From: the human T2T-CHM13v2.0 reference genome, Homo sapiens
Strand: one strand, 5' to 3'
NCBI RefSeq assembly: GCF_009914755.1
Contig: NC_060942.1
DNA length: 64,000 nucleotides
Positions within the stretch are counted from its first letter, which is position 1, and every line of letters begins with the position of its first letter. A program made the position numbers and the translations under genes. The notes under the pieces were generated by a model. The model saw only the letters and a program-made list of their open reading frames with translations. It did no database searches and was not told the DNA's origin. Positions 56,762 to 64,000 of the stretch are shown piece by piece.

Positions 56762-56859
56762 TCTCTTATCACTTTTTATAAAATTGCAATCAAATCCAAT
56801 TGCTAGTTCCCTTATTCCCCTGACCCCACTTTGCTTTGCACCATTTAATATAGTTATAT

Positions 56860-57030
56860 CTCTTTTTTTACTCATTTATTTTCTACTTCCTCTCTCTTTC
56901 CCATTAAAATATACGGCCTGAGGGCTCATATTTTGTTTTGTTCATTGCTCTATTTCTAGCATATAGAATAGTGCATGATATAAAGTAGAAGCTCAGTATT
57001 ATTTCATTCATTCAATGAATAGATGAATCA
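56860..57030 (+). mobile_element. L2 3' end
   Basis: ttgttcattgctctatttctagcatatagaatagtgcatgatataaagtagaagctcagta...tgaatagatgaat. Confidence 0.7.
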
Positions 57031-57094
57031 AAACCTAAAAAGTTGTATCATAATAGCAAAGCATAGAATATTTAGCTGGTTTGCCTTAGAACTG

Positions 57095-57474
57095 TGTTAA
57101 AGGATAAACTTAGGCACACTGAAATTCTAAAGAGTTTACCTGAGCAGATGGGGACTCATGAATCTAGCAGTACCAGACCACATGTTGCTCAGGGCTTCAC
57201 CAAAGGGCATTAGGGGAAGACTTTTTAAATAAGGTGAACACGGAGATAAGGCAAGGAAAATATTTGATTGGTTAAAGTGAAGCAGTAGCCTTTTTTGGGT
57301 TGTTCCAGTGGAAAGTCCCTAGTTAGAGGTTAGTTGGTGATTTCTGACGGGTTAAGCTTAAGTTTTGTTTTACTATTTATACTGAGTTGGGTTTCTGTTT
57401 GCTTACATAAGAACACAGGGCTCTGGAGATACTTCAACCGATCATGAATAGTCTCCCAATTAATTATTTGAACA
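57095..57474 (-). mobile_element. ERV1 solo LTR (MER93-like, MER4 group)
   Basis: tgttaaagga...ctcccaattaattatttgaaca; TSD actg/attg. Confidence 0.7.
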
Positions 57475-57496
57475 ATTGGAAGTTTATGACAGCCCT

Positions 57497-57935
57497 TGAC
57501 AGCAGTAACATAGCTTAAGCATACCCTGAAAATGACCCTATGGTCTAAGAAGAATATGTGTTTGGAGTCCCAAGCCAAGGAATCCTGGAGTGGCCAACCC
57601 TGAGATTCATTCCTTATCTATGAAGGACATCTGACCCTCTGACCCATCCCTTGGAATGCAGGTTATATAGGGAATTAAGGCCCTTTGTTTTGGATTAGAT
57701 AGAGGGTGCTAGGTGGGGCTTGCTAGATGGAGGTGGCTAAATAAAAATGCTATACAAACTGCATGCTTTTTTACAAACAGTAGTGGTTCTCCTGTCCAGT
57801 CCACTGCCATGGGGCCATCCCTGTATATAAGTCCCCCAACAAGCCCTATGCCTCATTTGCTGTCTTTGGGTCTTTTCTTTGACCTCTTGGACCCAGTGCC
57901 ATCCCTACTGAAGTGAACCAGCCTCCGGCATCACA
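57497..57935 (+). mobile_element. ERVL solo LTR (MER54/MER73-like)
   Basis: gaaaatgaccctatgg...aggaatcctggagtggccaaccctgagattcattccttatctatga...; TG...CA ends; subfamily uncertain. Confidence 0.65.
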
Positions 57936-58177
57936 TCCCCTCCCCATGCCCCGCCACTGCAGACTCCTGAATCTTTCTATCAGGTTAGTCTAGAAACAGA
58001 TCTTGGTAAATTCTCACTGGAGAATGGATTGGCTTCTTTCTGATCATGATTCCAAACCTTAGCTAATCCACTGTATCCAGGGTCTGTTGATGTACATCTA
58101 ATGGCACAGGTGCATTCTTTCAGCAGCTATGCTGTGTGAGGCAATGGCTAGAGAAGGGAGTTTGAGCCTGAGTTACA

Positions 58178-58346
58178 TTTCTTTTTTTTTTTAATATATA
58201 TATTTTTATTATACTTTAAGTTCTAGGGTATATGTGCACAACGTAGCAGGTTTGCCACGTTGGTGTGCTGCACCCATTAACTCGTCATTTACATTAGGTA
58301 TATCTCCTAATGCTATCCCTCCCCCTCCCCCTGGTGTGTGATGTTC
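58178..58346 (-). mobile_element. Short L1PA4/5-like 3' end with internal deletions
   Basis: ttattatactttaagttctaggg...cacccattaactcgtcatttacattaggtatatctcctaatgctatccc. Confidence 0.9.
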
Positions 58347-59937
58347 TTAACTGTTCCAAAACTATTGGTATTATTTTCCTTTCTATTCTACAGAGAATCA
58401 CATCTTTTACTCATTCATTTTAAAATGTTGTTTAGACTTCAGCTATGAGCGGCCATTACTCTAGATGCTGGTGACACAGCCAAAAATGACAACATCTCTG
58501 CCTTCTTTTCTGGGAATGTTCCATAGCACCCTATGCGTTCCACCTCTCACAATATTTCTTAAGCACAATCTTTTTAGACATTTTCACACTAATTACTTTC
58601 CTCCCTTTATGTTGTACTTTCTCATTTGAAAGAGATAGAGTAGCGGTCATCTGAGCAGTTTTCTGGCTGGACAGATCTTTATGACACATTTCCTGATTTG
58701 ATTAGCACATGAGGGCAAAACTTTGGCAAGGTTAATGAGTTGCTCCCAGATATCAAGATGGAAAATAAGTTATATTTAATACCTGGCTACTTACTGTCTA
58801 ATCAAAAACTTATCCATATCATGCAAATCTGGCATAAAAATGATTTCAGGCCTGAAGACTTGAAAGACCACACCTCATGCTTTTACAAAGGACGCACAGT
58901 GTTGGTTATTTGAATTTAGATCACTGTCTGAATCTCCTACTGGCATTCTTTGCTTACTTGTTCTACTTTTGACTTCCTAAGGCCCCAGGTATCTGATGAT
59001 TACCATCATTTTAAAATCACTTTAATTTTGCTTTTTAAAATTCCCTATTCATCCCTTGCTGCTATTAATTAATACCAGAGGACCACTTACTTTTGTTGCT
59101 GCAGGAAAGGTATTTTCCTCAGTATGGACATCTTTATTAGTAGGTTTCTAAATAATGACTTGGTTATTGTGAATATTAATTTTAGATATTTGGTGTATGT
59201 GTGCATATTTGTGTGTCTATAAGAGTTTATATAGCCATAAAGTGGGATGCTCAAATTAAATTGTGATGAACTATAGTGAGTACAGAAACTAAAGGGTAGA
59301 GTTAAATTCCAAGAAAATTTATCCAGGTTAAGAATTTCTAGAATTTTATTGTATATTGAAATTATTTTCTTTTTTTGCTTTTTGTTTAGTTGGAAATATT
59401 TCAAATGAGAAAAACTACCATGTACCAATGTAATCAGACATAACAATTATTAACATTTTGTTATATCTGTAACACATCTTTATGTTAGATACTATTTAAA
59501 AGTTCCCTGTGAAGATGAATGACACATTTTCCATTTTGTTTTATATTTTTGCATTAAAGTTTATTTACTTTGATACTACTGTTATTAAACCATTTTTCTT
59601 GGTAATTATTTATATGATACATAGTTTCTATACTTTTCTCTCAAACTTTGCCATTATCTTTTAGATATATTTCTAGTTAAGTGTATATAGCTGAGTTTAT
59701 AATATCTATTTTGAGAATCTCTGCCTCTTAAAAGGTCAAGTTACATATTTAAACTTATATCTGCTATCTTAATTTATGTTCCCCAGTAGCCATTCTTTTT
59801 TGTTTGTTTATTTCTGTTTGAAATTGAGGTATAATTCACATGCAGTATAATTTACAATTTTGGTGTGCAGTTCTATGAATTTCGACAAATACACAAAGGC
59901 CTATAATCACCAAGACAATAAAGATATAGAGCAGTTC

Positions 59938-60599
59938 TGTTACAGGTAGTTAGACAGGCATGAGTGGGGCAGGAGGGGGTTCTTCCGCCACCCAGTAAGA
60001 ACGTTGGGTGATGATTCTGCATTTATCACATTGCTTCTCTAAAAGTGATAAATTAGCAGCCAGTGCCAGGGAGAGGCCATTTCCTGATGGTCCACACCTG
60101 TTGCACTAAAGTGTTAACTGAATGCAGGCACCAGGGAGATGCAATTTGCCAGGCATGTGCATTAAGAGACAATGGTGGAGTATGACTTTCCAGGGGCACT
60201 CCACTGGAAAAGGGAAGAAAGCCTCAGATGGGCATGTGTACAACTTCTTAAACGCACTGTGCATACTCACCTTCCAAGGGTAAGGAGGACACGGCACATG
60301 TGGGCAGCTCATCCTAAGGAAAGAATCATGGGAAAGGGGCCAGCCTATAAAGTCCTAGGACCAAGGCTCAATACCACACTTGCCCTTCAAGTTGCCTGCT
60401 TGGGTCTCTTTCAAGCATACTTTCCCGTTTTAAAGCCTTTTTAAATAAATTTCTACTCCTGCTCTGAAAATTGCCTTGGTCTCTTTTTCTGCCTTATGCC
60501 CCTCAGTCAAATGCTTTCTTCTGAGGAAGTGAGAATGGAGGTTGCTGCAGATGCATACACATTCACCACTGTTAACTTGGATACCTTTCACTGGTGATA
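59938..60599 (+). mobile_element. MER50-like ERV1 solo LTR
   Basis: tgttacaggtagttagacaggcatgag...cctataaa (TATA)...aataaa...; perfect 4-bp TSD gttc (59934-59937, 60600-60603) inside L1. Confidence 0.85.
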
Positions 60600-61583
60600 G
60601 TTCCACACCCTCCAAAGTTCTCTTGCTACCTTTTGTAGTAATCTCTACACATTCCACCCCCACCCTTACATCAACTGTTTTCTTTTCTGTCCCTAGAGTT
60701 TTGTCTTTCCCCAAGTATCACATAAATATAATCATACAGTATAAAGTGTTTGAGTTGTCCACTTATCATGATTAATCTGAGATTTATTTATGTTGTAATA
60801 TCACTAGTTTATTCCTTTATATTCTTTACTAGTATTCCATTGCAGTGGTATATTGTGATATATTTATCCATTCACTAGTTAAAGGATATTTGGGTTGCTC
60901 CCAGTTTTCGATGATTATAAAAAAATACTATAAATTTTATGTTCGTGCTTGTAGCAATGTAAGTTTTTGACTTGAGTAAATACCTAGGACTGGGACTGCT
61001 GAGCCTTGTGATAAATGAATGGCAATCTGTATAAGAAACTGCCAAACTGTCTTCCAAAGCATCTGTTTCATTTTGCATTTGCACCAGCAGTCTGTGAACA
61101 TTTCAGTTGTTCTGCATCCTGGCTGCAGTCTGTTATTGTTGGTTTGTGTAACTTTTTTAAAATTTTAGGTATTATAAAAGATATGTAGAAGTATGTTATG
61201 GTGGTTTCGATTTGCATTTGCCTAATGGCTATGCAAAAATCTTTTTATGTGCTTGTCATCTGCATTTCTGCTTGGTGAAATGTTTGTTCAAAATGTTTGC
61301 CCAACTTTTTAATTATTCTTTTTCTTGATGATTACTTACAAATAATAAAAGATTTACAGGAAGTTGAAGAGATGATACAGAAGTTCTCTGTACTCTGTCC
61401 AGTTTTCTCCATTGGTTTAGTTACTATAGTACAATATTAAAACCAGTAAATTTACATTAAAGTGTGTGTATAGTTCTATGTAATTTTATCTCATGTGTAG
61501 ATCTGTGTAATTACCACAGTAATCAATAGCTGTTAAATTGATTTTCTCCCTTGGTTTTCTGCTTGCAATTTCACAGCTTTCTG

Positions 61584-61892
61584 TTTTTTTGTTTGTTTGT
61601 TTTGTTTTATTTTTTGAGATGGAGGCTTACTCCATCACCCAGGCTGGAGCACAGTGACGTGATCTCAGCTCATTGCAGCCTTTGTCTCCCGGGTTCAAGT
61701 GATTCTCCTGTCTCACTCCCATGAGTAGCTAGGATTACAGGCATGTGCCACAGTGCAAGGGTAATTTTTCTATTTTTATTGGAGATGGGGTTTCACCATG
61801 TTGGCCAGGCTGGTCTCGAATTCCTGACCTCAGGTGATCAGCCCACCTCGGCCTCCAAAGTGATGGGATTATAGGCATGATGGCACCTGGCC
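61584..61892 (-). mobile_element. AluS SINE (diverged)
   Basis: Antisense Alu with (TTTG)n tail; TSD aatttcacagctttctg / aaattcactgctttctg. Confidence 0.92.
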
Positions 61893-62261
61893 TAAATTCA
61901 CTGCTTTCTGATCTTCTCTGTTTTCTTCCTTCCACTTGCTTTGGGTTTATTTTTTCTTTTCCTAGTACTGAGAAATTAGATTATCAATTTGATATATTTT
62001 TTCTTTCTAATGTAAGCATTTTCATGTTATTAATTTTCCTCCCAATACTGCTTTAGCTGTATCTCAAAACTTGACATGTTAAATTTTCAATTTGACATGT
62101 TGGATTTTTATTTCCATTTATTCATTGTAGTTTTAAATTTCCATTGAGACTAATTATTTGACCCATGGATCAGTTAGAGGTGTATTTCTTAGTTTTCAAG
62201 GGTTTGAATTTTTCTTTTTGCTACATTTCTGTTATTGATTTCTAGTTTAATTTTATTGTGG

Positions 62262-62545
62262 TCAGTCAATGATGGGGTACATAGATGATGACTATTTCAT
62301 AAGATTGTAATACCATATCTTTACTATACCTTTTCTATGTTTGAATACAAAAATACTTACTATTGTGTTACAGTCACTGACAGTATTCAGTGTAGAAACA
62401 ATACACTAAACCATGTAGCCTTGGTGTGTAGTAGGCTATACCATCTATGTTTGTGTGAATACACTTTTTGGTGTTTATACAATGATAAGATTTCTTAACG
62501 ATGCATGTCCCAGAATGTAGCCTTGTCAGTAAGTAACGCACAACT
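62262..62545 (+). mobile_element. Tigger3/MER7-like DNA transposon remnant
   Basis: tactataccttttctatgttt...tgtgttacagt...ggtgtgtagtaggctataccatcta...taacgatgcat...gtaagtaacgcacaact. Confidence 0.8.
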
Positions 62546-63674
62546 CAATTTCAATAATTTTAAATTTATTGAGGTTTGTTTTATGACCCTGTAAATAGTC
62601 CATCCTGATGACTTCTCCATGTACATTTGAAAAAATGTATATGTGCTGTTGTTGGTGAGGGCCAATCCTTTGATGGTTTTGTTGAATTCTTCTGTATCTT
62701 CATTCTGATCAATTTTTGCTTCTTATGTTTTGTACTTCTGTTTGGTGCATACATATTTAGAGCTAACATATGCTTGTGGATTGATTTTCTAAATCATTTT
62801 GTAATGCCCCATTTGTCTCTATTAATATTCAATTTGTTAGTATTTTATTTAAGGTTTCTGCATCTATATCCATAAGGGATATGATTAATTAATTATCTGT
62901 AAATGCCTAAGTCTAGTTTTAGTATCAGAATAATACTCTGTCCATAAAATAGGCCTTCCTCTTATGTTGAAGAGCTTAAGGAGAATTGCTATTATTTATT
63001 AACTGACTTAATTCACCCATAATGTCATCTAGGCCTGGAATTTTCTTTGTAGAAAGCTTAACTATAAATTCAGTTTCTTTAGTAAACATAGGGCTACGTG
63101 GCTTACGTATTTCTTTTTGAGAGAGATTTGGCCATTTTTGTTATTCAATGATCTTTTCAATTTCATCTAAATTGTCTAATTATAGGCATAGACTTTATAA
63201 TATTTTCTTATTGTACTTTTAATGTCTATAGGATCTATAGTGATGTCTCTTTTATTCCTGATGTTGGCAATTTGTGTTTTTTTTTTTCCTGTTGGTCTAT
63301 CTAGCTAGAGATTTGTCAGTGTTAGTAATCAGTTCAAATAACTCCCTTCTGATTTTGTTGATAAGCTCCATTAATTTTTCTGATTGCAATTACATTGTAT
63401 TTTTATTTTTTTTCTATTTTCTATCTTGCTGTGAGTTTAAGTTGTCCTTCTTTTTCTACTGTCTTGAGACCAAGATTGAAATTATTGTCTTGAGAGGCTT
63501 CTTCTTTGATAATATAAGCATGTAATGCTATAATCTTCCCTTTAAGCATTGCTTTATTTGCATTTTACAAATTTTGATATGTTGTGTTTTAACTTTTGTT
63601 TCATTTAAAATATTTTCATTTCCATTTCCTTTTAATAATATATTATTTAAAAATGTTGTGTTTAAATTCAAAAT

Positions 63675-64000
63675 CTGACCCTGATGTAGCTTAAGTGATT
63701 AATAACTGTACTTTAGCAATGGAAGATATTCCAGTCAGTTTGATCTCACTAATTCTCATTCTGATTCTAAAAATGATGGAATTGCCCCTGATTTTCTTCT
63801 TGCAAGCAAAGGTGAAGTCTGTATAACCAATAATACTTCTGGCTGCACTTTTATTATTACCCTGTGTCAAGAGAGAAGGGTCAATATAGAAACTTAAGAA
63901 AACTACCTGGATTTCTAAGATGGTTTATGGGATTGTTCAGCTGTTTTGTCATGGTTTCTTGGGTGCATAGTTGAAATTAATGTCGCAAATTAGCTTTACT
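63675..64000 (+). mobile_element. ERV env transmembrane-subunit remnant (runs off the window)
   Basis: 63772-63849 translates NDGIAPDFLLASKGEVCITNNTSGCT, a degenerate immunosuppressive domain plus CX6CC motif (cf. xNRxALDFLLAxxGGVCxxxNTSCC); frameshifts and stops on either side. Confidence 0.8.

Larger units (their letters stand above)
59370..63665 (-). mobile_element. Composite of old antisense L1M (MB/MC/ME) fragments hosting younger insertions
   Basis: aattgaggtataattcacat (3' end), aagaaactgccaaactgtcttccaaag, ttttctttgtagaaag...ttcatctaaattgtctaatt (ORF2 antisense); internal boundaries not resolved. Confidence 0.75.

Overview
AT-rich primate (very probably human) non-coding DNA, either intergenic or deep intronic. 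I could not support any protein-coding exon, tRNA, rRNA or CRISPR array; the long ORFs in the track are translations of Alu, L1, MaLR/ERV and microsatellite sequence. The window is dominated by transposable elements: nine Alus (eight on the minus strand), young and old L1 fragments, L2 and MIR remnants, hAT/Tigger DNA transposons, three THE1 (MaLR) proviruses, about a dozen solo LTRs, a decayed ERV-L provirus (RT, RNase H/integrase and dUTPase still recognisable) with nested insertions, and an ERV env TM remnant at the right edge. Subfamily names come from my recollection of consensus sequences and need RepeatMasker/Dfam confirmation. The most unusual structure is a 171-bp inverted repeat (4 mismatches, no indels) around a 348-bp spacer at 53776-54465 that the recognised repeats do not explain. 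Also notable are a twin-primed inverted L1PA insertion, a deletion fusing two different LTRs inside the ERV-L, and a palindromic templated insertion inside a MIR. I found no convincing evidence of a new gene system; the interest lies in genome-rearrangement footprints and candidate regulatory or RNA-structure elements.
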